Below are positions 39,966-50,386 of a stretch of DNA of 64,000 bases, piece after piece. The notes below the pieces were generated by a model. The model saw only the letters and a program-made list of their open reading frames with translations. It made no database searches and was not told the DNA's origin. This DNA comes from an uncultured Oscillibacter sp. Its GTDB lineage: Bacteria; Bacillota; Clostridia; Oscillospirales; Oscillospiraceae. Every line of letters begins with the position of its first letter. The stretch's first letter is position 1. The position numbers were made by a program, and so were the translations under genes. The DNA lies in assembly GCA_910584995.1 (NCBI GenBank), contig CAJUDW010000011.1, positions 644 through 64,643 of the forward strand, read 5' to 3'.

Positions 39966-42233
39966 TCAGGAGTGGCCCACCTCAATGATCCGCACCGCGC
40001 CGTTGTGGATGTAGAGATTGCAGGAGGGCGCGTAAGCGTGGGCCTCCTCCAGGGTCATCCAGCTTTGGGTATCCCGGTTGTAGCAGATGATATCGGGGGC
40101 AATCAGATAGCTGCGGCCTCCGGTCACCACCGTGTTCTTGCCGGTCCAGGAGGTATTGGGCACGTTTTTCACCTCCATCAGCCGCACCAAGGCGGCAATA
40201 TGGACGTTGGAGCCGGTTCCGGTCAGGGAGATACCGATGTACTCGCCGCTGCTGACGGTATAGCCGGTCTCGTAGGGCCCCATGGACTTGCTGCCCATAT
40301 CCAGGGCGACAGTCCGGTTTTTACCCCACTGACTGCTGGTATTGCCATTCTCGTCTGTCACAGGCTCATCCGGGAATGTACTGACAGCACGGCCATAGTA
40401 GAACACGCTGCCCACTGTGGATCCGATAACTACCAGATCCACCTGATCTTTCCAGTTAGTCCGGGCGTAGCTGATCTGGGCAGAGGGAATCGTGGCGCTG
40501 GTCAGCTGGCTGAGGCTGACGGCCTCCGCGCCGTTGCTGGTCACCTGGAAAATCATGACATTGCTGGCAAGGCTCTTGCTGCCAAGCTTCCGGGCCGTCA
40601 CATCCAGGTTCCCCTGGCCGCTGCTGCTGAGGCGGCTGATAGCCAGGGCCCCCTGCTTCGTGGAGCCAACCCGCACCAGCTGGCCCTCCAGGCCCTCTAC
40701 GGAGCCCTGGGTGTTCAGCGTGCCGCTGACGGAAATGCCGCACAGCAGTTCCACCGTGGCACTGCCCTGGGAGATGCTCCGCACAATGCCCACCACGTTG
40801 TTGGACACCACGTCGCCCTTGGCCTCGAACACGGCGGCCACCTGATTATCCTCCGTCAGGAGGAGGGTGATCTGGTCGCCGGGCTTGAACTTGGCGATCC
40901 CATCCCGGGCGGTAGGCAGCACCGGGAAATCGTGGCCCAGGACCTTGATGGTCTCCGGCTCGCTGGGATTGGGCGTGCAGCTTTCATAGAAGCCGGTGAT
41001 ACGGGTGTCGCACACCCGGACGGAATTAGTGGCCGGGGAATAGGTGGCCACGTCGTAGCGGCGCATATCCTTGCCGTTGGCCGGCGCGCCGTTCTTGTAG
41101 ATCTTGTAGTTTGTGCTGCCGTGGACCAGATCTGCAAAACCTGCCGTGGACTCGTTCTGATAGATCACCACCGCAGAACTGGAAGCGGAGCCGCCGCCTA
41201 CGAAGATGTAATCCACACCGCCGCCGGTGTTGAGATACAGCGTGACAGAGGTGCCCGCGCTGACCCAGGAGAAGATCTTGCTCCAGGCGTCCTCCTCGCC
41301 GTTCCGGTAGGCCTTGGTGTCACCGGTGACGCTGTAGGACGCGCCGGTGATATCCACAATCTGGTTGGCCTTGGCGGTGGCTACCGTGATGGTGATGCTC
41401 GCCCCCAGGGAATCCGGCACGAAGGTAAGGGCTTTGCCGTTCTTATCCAGCGCCAAGGTGCCCCGGTAGCCGTTCAGGGCGCCGTTGGAGACCTTGCCGG
41501 AGGCAATCTGGTAGGTCTGGGTGCCGGAGGCCAGCTGGAGGGAGGTCTCCCGGCCGTCGGGCCCCATGGCGGAGGAGGTCACCAGCACCTGGTTCTCCAG
41601 TTCCGTGACCCCGATGGAGGAGAGGTAGCTGCCGCCCTTCTCCGTGTCGGCCCGGAGGAGGTTCAAAAACAGTTTCGCCGCCTCGCCCCGGGTCAGGGGC
41701 GTGGTCCCATTACCGGCGATGCCGTCGGTGAGGCCGATGGTCTTCCCCACGGCCATGTAGCTGTCCGGCCAAACGCCGCCGATATTCTCGTCCTTATAGC
41801 CCAGCAGCCGCAGCAGGATGGTGACCGCCTGCCCCACGGTAACGGTCCTGTCGGGATAGAATTTCCCGTCAGGATAGCCGGAGATAATCTTCTTCCCCTT
41901 GGCCGCCAGATTGATGAACCCGGAGGCCCAGTGGGAGGGCTTCACGTCCGGGAACACCGTCACGGTGCTGAACTGGCCCAATTCGCTGTCGGCGTTCATG
42001 GCGTAGACCGCCATTTTGCAGAACTGCGCCCGGTTTAGGGCGGCAGTGGGCCGGAAGGTTTTGGCGTCATAGCCGTCCAGCACCCCCATCAGCCGCAGGG
42101 CTTCCACCGCCATGATGGTATCCTGGTCGCTGATATCGGAGAAGCGGGCCGCGCTCTCCGCGCCTGCCGGCAGCGTCAGCATGGATACCGCCATGCACAC
42201 CGCCAGCAGGAAACTGCCAAGTCTTTTCTTCAT
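39966..42233 (-). CDS. S-layer homology (SLH) domain protein
   Basis: Signal peptide and three SLH repeats (FSDI...GVLDGY....F.P...LNRAQF; FPDV...HWASGFI...ISGYPDGKFYPDRTVT; LTRGEAA), then a long beta-rich region. Confidence 0.9.
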   Translation of the reverse strand: MKKRLGSFLLAVCMAVSMLTLPAGAESAARFSDISDQDTIMAVEALRLMGVLDGYDAKTFRPTAALNRAQFCKMAVYAMNADSELGQFSTVTVFPDVKPSHWASGFINLAAKGKKIISGYPDGKFYPDRTVTVGQAVTILLRLLGYKDENIGGVWPDSYMAVGKTIGLTDGIAGNGTTPLTRGEAAKLFLNLLRADTEKGGSYLSSIGVTELENQVLVTSSAMGPDGRETSLQLASGTQTYQIASGKVSNGALNGYRGTLALDKNGKALTFVPDSLGASITITVATAKANQIVDITGASYSVTGDTKAYRNGEEDAWSKIFSWVSAGTSVTLYLNTGGGVDYIFVGGGSASSSAVVIYQNESTAGFADLVHGSTNYKIYKNGAPANGKDMRRYDVATYSPATNSVRVCDTRITGFYESCTPNPSEPETIKVLGHDFPVLPTARDGIAKFKPGDQITLLLTEDNQVAAVFEAKGDVVSNNVVGIVRSISQGSATVELLCGISVSGTLNTQGSVEGLEGQLVRVGSTKQGALAISRLSSSGQGNLDVTARKLGSKSLASNVMIFQVTSNGAEAVSLSQLTSATIPSAQISYARTNWKDQVDLVVIGSTVGSVFYYGRAVSTFPDEPVTDENGNTSSQWGKNRTVALDMGSKSMGPYETGYTVSSGEYIGISLTGTGSNVHIAALVRLMEVKNVPNTSWTGKNTVVTGGRSYLIAPDIICYNRDTQSWMTLEEAHAYAPSCNLYIHNGAVRIIEVGHS

Positions 42234-42247
42234 CTTCTCTCTCCTCC

Positions 42248-43501
42248 TTATTCCGCCCGCAGGGCCTCCACCGGCTGGAGGTTCGAGGCCTTCGCCGCCG
42301 GATAGATGCCAAAAATAATACCCAGGGCCACCGACAGCGAAAACGCCGCCGCAGTGATCCAGACCGCAGGATAGATGGTCATATGGAACATCAGCTGTCC
42401 CACCGCGAAGCTGCCTGCGGTCCCCAGCAGGATGCCGATGATGCCGCCGATGCCGCAGAGCATGGCCGCCTCAATGAGGAATTGGGCCACAATACTGCTG
42501 CGCTGTGCGCCGATGGCACGGCGGATGCCGATTTCCCTGGTCCGCTCCGTCACTGTCACCAGCATGATATTCATGATGCCGATACCGCCTACCAGCAGGG
42601 AGATGGCGGCGATGCCGCCCAGGATGAGGCTGATCATGCCCATCTGCTCTGTCATGTACTCCTGCCACTGGCCTGCGGATTGGACGTTATAGCCTCCGGT
42701 GCGCGTATCCACCACACCCTCCAGGTAGCCCCGGATGAGGGGGATAACCTCTTTGGGCTGGAGATCGTCCTTGATTTTCACATAAAACTCGCTGGGGGCC
42801 TCGCCGCCCAACACCCGCCGGGCGGTGTAGGGCAGGATAATCAGGTTATCCATCTGGCTGGAACTGGGATCCTTGAAGCGGGGGGCGTAGACCCCCACCA
42901 CCTCAAAATTCTGGCCGTTCATCTGCACAACCTTGCCAACGGGCTCGGAGGAGCCGAAGAACACCTGGGCCGCCTGATAACCCATGACGCAGACCTGGTT
43001 GTAATTCTCCATGTCCAGCACCGCCAGATCCCGCCCCTTGAGAATCGTGAGATTGTTGCAGGTACTGTATTGATCGCTGGCGTAGCAGAGCTCCGGGGGC
43101 CTATCCCCCACGAGATTATTGTTCTCGTCCCAGTAGTAGTTGTTCATATTGTCGGTGTTCTTGGTACCGTACACTACCGTGGCCCTGCACCAGTCCTGGG
43201 GCGTAATGCCCACCACCTTGTCGGGAATGCTGTTGCAGAAATTGTAGAGGCCCGGGAAATAGTCCGGGGAGAGGTTGTTCCCCTCCTCGTCGTACATGCC
43301 GCCATAGATACTGACGTTCACCAGGTTGCTGCCCATGGCGGAGTACTGCTCCATGGTCTTCTCCGTGTAGCCGTTGATGGAGGAGACGATGGTCATAACG
43401 GCGGCGATGCCGATAATGACGCCCAGCATGGTCAGGGCGGACCGGCCCTTCTTGCCCCAGATGGATTTCCAGGCCATTTTGACGGCCTGCCGGATATTCA
43501 C
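42248..43501 (-). CDS. MacB/FtsX-like ABC permease
   Basis: K.RSALTMLGVIIGIAAV, IAAISLLVGGIGIMNIMLVTVTERTREIGIRRAIGA, GIYPA.KAS.L.PVEALR. Confidence 0.95.
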   Translation of the reverse strand: MNIRQAVKMAWKSIWGKKGRSALTMLGVIIGIAAVMTIVSSINGYTEKTMEQYSAMGSNLVNVSIYGGMYDEEGNNLSPDYFPGLYNFCNSIPDKVVGITPQDWCRATVVYGTKNTDNMNNYYWDENNNLVGDRPPELCYASDQYSTCNNLTILKGRDLAVLDMENYNQVCVMGYQAAQVFFGSSEPVGKVVQMNGQNFEVVGVYAPRFKDPSSSQMDNLIILPYTARRVLGGEAPSEFYVKIKDDLQPKEVIPLIRGYLEGVVDTRTGGYNVQSAGQWQEYMTEQMGMISLILGGIAAISLLVGGIGIMNIMLVTVTERTREIGIRRAIGAQRSSIVAQFLIEAAMLCGIGGIIGILLGTAGSFAVGQLMFHMTIYPAVWITAAAFSLSVALGIIFGIYPAAKASNLQPVEALRAE

Positions 43502-44199
43502 AGCCAGTCCACCTCCTGTTCGCAGTCCTCAATGATCTTGCCGTCCGCCAGGCGGACTACCCGCCGGGCCGTGGCGGCAATCCCGTTGTCGTGGGTGATG
43601 AGGATAACGGTAGTACCCTCCCGGTTCAGCTGCTGGAGGAACTCCAGCACCTCGTGGCCGGTGCGGGAATCCAGTGCGCCGGTGGGCTCGTCGGCCATGA
43701 TAATGGGGGGCCGGGTGGCAATGGCCCTGGCGATAGCCACCCGCTGCTGCTGGCCGCCGGACATCTCCGTAGGCCGGTGCTTCACCCGCCCGGAGAGGCC
43801 CACCCGCTCCAGGGCGTCCATGGCCATATCGTAGCGGTCATCAGCGTTGATGCCCTGGTAAATCAGGGGCAATTCCACATTTTCCAGAACTGTGAGGCTT
43901 TGAATCAGGTTGTACTGCTGAAAAATAAACCCAATCTCCTTGTTCCGGATGCGGGACAACTCCTTGTCGGTGAGTTCCCGGACGTCCGTACCCTCCAGAA
44001 GGTAGTCCCCCCTGGTGGGTACGTCCAGGCAGCCCAGCACGTTCATCATGGTGGACTTGCCGGAGCCGGACTGGCCCACAATGGCCACAAACTCCCCCAA
44101 ATCCACCTTGAGGGACACCCCGTCCAAAGCCCGGACCTCGCTCTCCAGGCCCTCGCCGTAGATCTTATAGACGTCCCGCAGTTCAATCAAGCGCGCCAT
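43498..44199 (-). CDS. ABC ATP-binding protein (MacB/LolD type)
   Basis: GQSGSGKSTMMN, RNKEIGFIFQQYNL, MSGGQQQRVAIARA, ADEPTGALD. Confidence 0.95.
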   Translation of the reverse strand: MARLIELRDVYKIYGEGLESEVRALDGVSLKVDLGEFVAIVGQSGSGKSTMMNVLGCLDVPTRGDYLLEGTDVRELTDKELSRIRNKEIGFIFQQYNLIQSLTVLENVELPLIYQGINADDRYDMAMDALERVGLSGRVKHRPTEMSGGQQQRVAIARAIATRPPIIMADEPTGALDSRTGHEVLEFLQQLNREGTTVILITHDNGIAATARRVVRLADGKIIEDCEQEVDWL

Positions 44200-44203
44200 A
44201 GCG

Positions 44204-45892
44204 TCAACCCCAAGCGTAATCGGACTGGATCTGGGTGAACACGGTGGTACCCTCTTCCACGCCGGATTTAATCTCGATGTTGTAGTTGTCCTGGATGCCG
44301 ATTTCCACCGGCACGGCCCAGAAGCCCTTCGGAATCTCCTCGTTCACCATCACTTCCACGGCGTTCTCCGGCCGGTCGCCTTCCACGAAGACCACATACA
44401 CATCGGAGCCGTCCTCCAGCATGGTGGTACGCACGCACTGGATGGGCAGGATCAGGCAGTTGTCGTTCTGGCTGGCAATCAGGGAGTAGGAGATGTAGCT
44501 GTTTACCTGGACGGAACCGTCGGCGTTGTCCACGGAGATGGTGAGGGGATAAGTGGCTACACCGTTGTTGACGGTGGAGGCGAGGCTCACGGATTCCACC
44601 ATGCCCATGGCCTGTTTGTCCCACTGCTCCAGTTCCACCATCATGCCGGCCTTCACATAGCTGACATTCCGCTCATCCACCGTGGCGGCCACGGTGATGA
44701 CGGAGGTATCGGAGATGGTGACGATGGTGGTGTTGGCCTGGATCTCGTCCCCGGGCTGGATGGTAAGGCCGATGACGGTGCCGTCAATGGGGGCCACGGC
44801 GTTGCAGTTGTCCAGGTTCTTCTGGGCAGTCTCCAACTCCTTCTGGGCCTCCTCCAAATCCTTTTGGATAGTGAAGAGTTCGCTTTCGCTCTGTTCGCCG
44901 TCCACCTGCACCAGAACCTGGCCGGCAGAAACCTGGAGGTAGTCCACCAGGCTGCTGGAAATGACGGTGCCGTTGACGGTGGAGCAGAGGTCACCGGTGC
45001 GGTAATACTCCAGCTTGCCGGGCTCGTAGGGGTAGACGGTCTCGCCGTTGATGGTAACCGTGGCGGAGGCCGCCATCTCGGCGGTAAGGGCCCCCTCGTT
45101 GCTCAGCAGGATTTCCGCAGAAAACAGCTGGGATCCCTCGGGGGTGATGCGGCTGACCATATGGACCGCCTCAATGGTACCGGGGATGGTCGTCATCAGA
45201 GCCGGGACGGACACGTCCACCGTCTGGCCCACCCAGAGTTCGCCCGCGTAGGCGTAGCTGTAATACTGGGTGAGGCGCATCCGGGTGTCGTCTGCCAGCA
45301 CCGCCAGCTTCTGGCCCTTGGTCACCTCGTCGCCGGGATTCAGGGTGACGGTTTCCATCAATTTCCCGGGGTATGTAGGGGCAAGGTTCAGCCCGGCGAT
45401 ATCTTTTTCCGCCTGGGACAGCTTCTTCCGGAAGCCCTCCACATTGTTCCGGGCCTGCTGGACGGCATTCTGGGCGGCGGGGGAGTCGATGACAAAGAGG
45501 GGCGTCCCCTGGGTCACCACGTCGCCCTCGTTGACCAGCACGTCCATTACGGTCCCGGCGGTAGTCATGGTGATGACCTCGCTGCTCTTGGCCCGGGTGA
45601 GGCCGTTGCCCTCCACCTTGGCGGTGATGGAGCCGTACCGCACCTCGTCCCGGATGATCTCTTTCTGGGCCTCCCCCTTATCGCCGCCGAACACGCGGCC
45701 CAGCACCACGGCCGCGGCAATCAGAATCAGGAGGATGATCGTCCAGCGGATGATCCGCCGCCGCTTCCGGCGAGGCATATCCTTCCATTTCTGACGCAGG
45801 GATTTTTTCGCGGGGGCCTCCTGTACGGCCGTTCCCGCCGCCGGGGCTTCCGGGATCCCGGCCTGTTCCTGTTTTTCCATAACTTCTGCCAT
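44204..45892 (-). CDS. Efflux membrane-fusion (MacA/HlyD-like) adaptor with an internally duplicated module
   Basis: N-terminal TM after a basic patch; four lipoyl half-motifs (GTV.DV.V.EGD.V; AP.YPGK...LNPGD.V; GTV...; APIDGTV....IQPGD); C-terminal VPVEIGI......EI.SG..EG. Confidence 0.85.
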   Translation of the reverse strand: MAEVMEKQEQAGIPEAPAAGTAVQEAPAKKSLRQKWKDMPRRKRRRIIRWTIILLILIAAAVVLGRVFGGDKGEAQKEIIRDEVRYGSITAKVEGNGLTRAKSSEVITMTTAGTVMDVLVNEGDVVTQGTPLFVIDSPAAQNAVQQARNNVEGFRKKLSQAEKDIAGLNLAPTYPGKLMETVTLNPGDEVTKGQKLAVLADDTRMRLTQYYSYAYAGELWVGQTVDVSVPALMTTIPGTIEAVHMVSRITPEGSQLFSAEILLSNEGALTAEMAASATVTINGETVYPYEPGKLEYYRTGDLCSTVNGTVISSSLVDYLQVSAGQVLVQVDGEQSESELFTIQKDLEEAQKELETAQKNLDNCNAVAPIDGTVIGLTIQPGDEIQANTTIVTISDTSVITVAATVDERNVSYVKAGMMVELEQWDKQAMGMVESVSLASTVNNGVATYPLTISVDNADGSVQVNSYISYSLIASQNDNCLILPIQCVRTTMLEDGSDVYVVFVEGDRPENAVEVMVNEEIPKGFWAVPVEIGIQDNYNIEIKSGVEEGTTVFTQIQSDYAWG

Positions 45893-46322
45893 ATCCGGTT
45901 CTCCTTTTTCGTGCTCCAAGGGGTTAAAAGGTTCCAAAGGGTTTGCCTATAAAAACTGTATCAACCATGTTAGTACAGCCTATTCTGTAAAGCAACAACA
46001 AAACAGTAACAATTTTCCCATTCACAAAAAATTCACACTTTATCCATGACTTTGGAAGGGCTCTCCATTGTAAAGACGAAAATAAACGGAAAAAGTTTCA
46101 CAAAACCACAAAAAAAGAAAATCAAATTTTAGCAGATTTGTAAAATCAAGGAATCCATCCATACTTCTTCCCCCGCCACGCCAAAACGCATCCGTAACCA
46201 GCGGTTCCCCTTGCGTGGAACCGCTGCCCATGCTATAATCAGCAGCGGCGGTTTTCGCTGTTGGAACGTGTCTGCCGCCTATCATCCCGAAATTCAAAAA
46301 TATGCGCCGGAGGGACCGCAAT

Positions 46323-46743
46323 ATGCACGAAAGGGAAGCCATCATCCGCCCGTGGTTTGATATGTGGCTGCGCCAGCAGGACCCTGGGTATCGATACCGT
46401 CTTTGCGGAAAACGTGGCCTACACGGAAAGCTGGGGGCCGAAATACGAAAGCCGCGCCGCCGTGAAGCATTGGTTCCGGGAGTGGAACACCAGAGGAAAT
46501 GTGGCGGCCTGGGATATCAAACAGTTTTTTCACAAGGGAGACCAGACGGTTGTGGAGTGGTACTTCAAGGCCAGGATGGCGGACAGCAGCACGGATGAAT
46601 TTGACGGTGTGCCCCTGATCGTATGGACCCCCGGCGGCAAAATCAAGTCCCTGCAGGAATTCGGCTGTAATACGGATCGGTACGATCCCTACCAGGAGGG
46701 CAACACCCCGCAGTTCCGGGAGGAAACGCCCAGATGGTTCTAA
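46323..46743 (+). pseudogene. NTF2/SnoaL-like protein with a one-base frameshift
   Basis: MHEREAIIRPWFDMWLRQQD continues in another frame as LGIDTVFAENVAYTESWGP...VVEWYF...LQEFG; there is one extra C in gaccctggg (~46382). Confidence 0.75.
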
Positions 46744-46805
46744 AAATAGGATTCTGCGAAAATCCAAAATCCCGGCGCGTCTGCGCCGGGATTTTTATAA
46801 AACCG

Positions 46806-48833
46806 TCAGGCCGGGGCGTTTTTGCCGCCCAGCTTCTGCCAGGCCACAACGCCGCCTACCAGGGCGAAGCCCACTACGTCCGTGGGGATGCCGGGGAACA
46901 TCATGCACAGGCCGCCCAGGGCGATGAACACCCGCAGCAGGGGGTTGATCTTCCGCCAGAGGTACCCGTTCAGGGCCACGGCCACGCCGAACAGGCCCGC
47001 CAGGGAGGTAACGACAATCAGCACTATGTCAAAAATCCCCGTGTCAATCAGGAGCATCGCAGGGTTGAAGGCAAAGATATAGGGTACGATGAAAGCGGCA
47101 ATAGCCAGCTTTGTGGCATTGATGCCGGTCTTCATAGGGTTGGACTTGGCAATAGCGCTGCCTGCGTAGGCCGCCAGAGCCACCGGCGGCGTGATATCCG
47201 CCACGATGCCGAAGTAAAACACAAAGAAGTGGGCGGGGATTTTGCCGATGCCCAGCTGGATCAGGATGGGGGCGCAGGTGGAGGCCATGATGCAGTAGTT
47301 GGCCGTGGTAGGCACGCCCATGCCCAGGACGATGCAGCAGAGCATGGTCAGGAACAGGGCGGCGAACAGGGCCAAGGACTTGTTGGGAATCATGCCGCTG
47401 ACATTCACCACCGTGTTCACCAGCCGGGAGGCAAGTCCCGTCACAGTGATGCACCCCGCCACGATGCCCGCCATGGAGCAGGCTACCGCCACGGTGATGC
47501 AGCCCCGGCCACCGGCCTCCAGGGAGCCCAGAATCATAGTGCCGGTCTCCTTCACGGCGTGGCCCACAGCGCCCTCCTGCTTCTGGGCATGGCTGTCCCA
47601 GAAAATGCCCGGCAGGCTTACGGCAATTGCCAGCAAAATGGCGAGGGACGCTGAGAACTGCAGCGTCCGGGCGCCGGTGGACACCAGCCAGACCAGCACC
47701 ACCAGGGGCAGCAGCAGATAGATGCTGCGGATAAGGATCCGGAACTTCGGCAGCTGATCCCGAGGGATGCCCTTTAAATCCAGCCGCCTGGCCTCCAGAT
47801 GGACAGAGAGGAAAATGCCGGTGAAGTAGAGAAGTGCCGGGAGGATGGCTTTCATAGCCACGTTGGCGTAGGTGGTATCCATATACTCCGCCATAAGGAA
47901 GGCGGCCGCACCCATAATGGGGGGCATAATCTGCCCGCCGGTAGAGGCAGCGGCCTCCACCGCCGCAGCGAACTCACCCTTGTAGCCGGTCCTCTTCATC
48001 ATGGGGATGGTGACGGAGCCGGTGGTAACGGTGTTGCCCACGGAGGAGCCTGACACCATGCCGCAGAGGGCGGAAGAGATGACCGCCACCTTGGCGGGGC
48101 CGCCGGAGGCGCTGCCCGCCAGGGAGTTAGCCAGATCAATAAAGAAATTGGAGATACCCGTCCGCTCCAGGAATGCGCCGAAGATGATGAACACGGCGAT
48201 AAACTTGGCGCACACCTGCACCGGGGTGGCCAGGATGCCGGAGGTACCGTAGAAGAGGGTGTAAATCACCCGTCCCAGGTTCTGGCCGCTGGCAAAGGTG
48301 TAGACCAGCAGCACCCCTACTACGCAGAGGATTGGAAGCCCCACGCACCGGCGGCAAAGTTCCGCCAGGCACAGGATGCCCACAACGCCCAAAATCACAT
48401 AGAACCAGGCGCCGTCAATGGCGCCCTCTGTACCGGGATTGATTTTGGAGGCGCTGGTGATCACCTTCACCAAGGCCGTGTAATTGATGCAGTAGTAGAA
48501 GAAAGAACCCGCCCCCAGGAGCATCAAAATGATATCATACCAGGGCATGGAGTTGGGACGCACATGGTTCTTCCGGGCGGGGTAGGTCAAATAGCCCATG
48601 ACGGTGATGAGGCCCAGGAAAGCCGTCAGCCGGATAGGCAAATCCGCCGTGCTGAACAGGGTGGACCAGATACAGTACAGGGAGAACATCGCCATGACGC
48701 AGCGGACTACCTGCTTGGGCTTTCCCTCCCAAATTCGGGTGGCGGATTCCCGGTCATATTTGCGCATGACCTCTTCCATTTCCGCCGCCGTACCGATCTC
48801 GATATCAGGCGTATGGTTGTCTTTTTCGCTCAT
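46806..48833 (-). CDS. TRAP (TAXI) fused permease, DctQM type
   Basis: FIIFGAFLE.TG, GGPAKVAV, G.VSGSSVGN..TTGS.TIPMMK, EAAASTGGQIMPPIMGAAAF.MAE, GMGVPTTANY, ADITPPVALAA. Confidence 0.95.
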   Translation of the reverse strand: MSEKDNHTPDIEIGTAAEMEEVMRKYDRESATRIWEGKPKQVVRCVMAMFSLYCIWSTLFSTADLPIRLTAFLGLITVMGYLTYPARKNHVRPNSMPWYDIILMLLGAGSFFYYCINYTALVKVITSASKINPGTEGAIDGAWFYVILGVVGILCLAELCRRCVGLPILCVVGVLLVYTFASGQNLGRVIYTLFYGTSGILATPVQVCAKFIAVFIIFGAFLERTGISNFFIDLANSLAGSASGGPAKVAVISSALCGMVSGSSVGNTVTTGSVTIPMMKRTGYKGEFAAAVEAAASTGGQIMPPIMGAAAFLMAEYMDTTYANVAMKAILPALLYFTGIFLSVHLEARRLDLKGIPRDQLPKFRILIRSIYLLLPLVVLVWLVSTGARTLQFSASLAILLAIAVSLPGIFWDSHAQKQEGAVGHAVKETGTMILGSLEAGGRGCITVAVACSMAGIVAGCITVTGLASRLVNTVVNVSGMIPNKSLALFAALFLTMLCCIVLGMGVPTTANYCIMASTCAPILIQLGIGKIPAHFFVFYFGIVADITPPVALAAYAGSAIAKSNPMKTGINATKLAIAAFIVPYIFAFNPAMLLIDTGIFDIVLIVVTSLAGLFGVAVALNGYLWRKINPLLRVFIALGGLCMMFPGIPTDVVGFALVGGVVAWQKLGGKNAPA

Positions 48834-48958
48834 ACAGCCCCTCCTTATCTCAATTTTTTCCTCTTGCCGTATTGAAAAAGCGGCGCGAAGACCGCCCTTT
48901 CAATGCGGCAAGGGCCGCGTGACGCGGCCCTTGCCGGGAATTGCCGGTTGTGGGTGGA

Positions 48959-50002
48959 TCAATAGGTCCCGGCGGGAATGGTATAAGCGCTGTAGTAGGG
49001 GGAGGCGGACAGCAGGTCGTTCACATGGGCCTCGTCCAGGCTCACCAGGTACACCGGGCCGCTGGTGGACAGGTCCACGATAGCGGGGGTGGGGGCGCCG
49101 GCCACGATGAAGGCGGCGTCAATCTTGCCGTCCTTCAGGCTCTCGGCGCTGTCGCCGAAACTCTGGTACACGGCGTTGATGTCCTCTTCGCCCAGGCCGT
49201 AAGCGCCCAGGACGTCAATGGCGTTGAAGTACACGCCGGAACCACGGTCTCCGATGGAAACGGACTTCCCGGCCAGATCCGCAACGGACTTGATGTCGGG
49301 ATTGGTGGTGACGATCTGCACCTGCTCCATGTACAGGGCGGCTGCCACAGAGAAGCCGGTGACGGCGGTGTCGAAGAGGCGCTCGCCGTTATAGGCGTAA
49401 CTCATGACGTCGGACTGGACGAAAGCCAGCTGCACGTCGCCTGCGTTCAGATCCTCCACGTTGGCCTGGGAGCCGCCGGAGGTCACAGCGGTGATGGAGA
49501 GGCCTGCGTTGTTGGAGACATAGCCCGCCAGCACGCCGCCGAAAGCGTAATAGGTGCCGGTCTCGCCGCCAGTGCCGAAGGTCAGGGCCTTGGAATCGCC
49601 CACGCCTGCGCCGTCCTTCACGGCGGCAACGGTCTTGCCCTTCTCCTGGAAGTACTTGGCCGCGCCAGGATGATAGGGCACGGAGGTGACGGAGGAGGCG
49701 AAGTCCAGATCCAGTTCGCCGCCCTTGGCGTGCTGATCCGTGATGGCGGCGGTATTCTCAAAGATGGCGGAAACAAAGGCGTAGACGTCGTCCTCGGGCA
49801 CGTCGTCCCGGACGATGACCACCGCGCCTACGGCCACGGTATTCGTGTCCACAGCCGCCGCGCTGCCGCTGTCGGAAGCAGCCCCGGGGTCTTCGGTGGA
49901 AGCGCCGCCATTGGCCTCGTCCTTATCGGACTTGCCGCCGCAGCCTGCCAGGACAGCCATCATCATGGCCAGAACCATGAGCAAGGACAGAAACTTTTTC
50001 AT
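48959..50002 (-). CDS. TAXI-family TRAP substrate-binding lipoprotein, circularly permuted
   Basis: Lipobox LAGC. TAXI motifs TGGETGTYY, GGSQANV, DLAGKSVSIG..GSG, DGKIDAAF, IPAGTY and PYHPGAAKYF are all present but in permuted order. Confidence 0.9.
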   Translation of the reverse strand: MKKFLSLLMVLAMMMAVLAGCGGKSDKDEANGGASTEDPGAASDSGSAAAVDTNTVAVGAVVIVRDDVPEDDVYAFVSAIFENTAAITDQHAKGGELDLDFASSVTSVPYHPGAAKYFQEKGKTVAAVKDGAGVGDSKALTFGTGGETGTYYAFGGVLAGYVSNNAGLSITAVTSGGSQANVEDLNAGDVQLAFVQSDVMSYAYNGERLFDTAVTGFSVAAALYMEQVQIVTTNPDIKSVADLAGKSVSIGDRGSGVYFNAIDVLGAYGLGEEDINAVYQSFGDSAESLKDGKIDAAFIVAGAPTPAIVDLSTSGPVYLVSLDEAHVNDLLSASPYYSAYTIPAGTY

Positions 50003-50386
50003 GATGCATTCCTCTTTTCATTTTTTGGTAAGTGTATCCTGTAAATACATGAATAGTATATCCTCTTCTCCTTCATTTTTCAAGTCCGCATTTGTGTTTT
50101 TCGGGAAATTTTGCAGGTTTGCAACAGATATAATTCACAGTTCTTTGGCTTTTTGCATCATTTGAACAGAATTCCTTCATATTAGCCCCGCCGTTCCCGT
50201 CGAAACCCGGCGGCAGATGGAAGCGCGGACGCCTGTGCGGCAGGTATGTGCAGATATCCGCTTCCCATGCGGCGCCGGTCCCGTCCCTTCGAACTCCCCT
50301 TCCGCCACCGGAATCTCCCGCTCTAAACCGGCCTTTCCGGCAGGAGAAGGCCCTCCACCAGCGGCGGAGGGCCTTCAACAGTGCAC

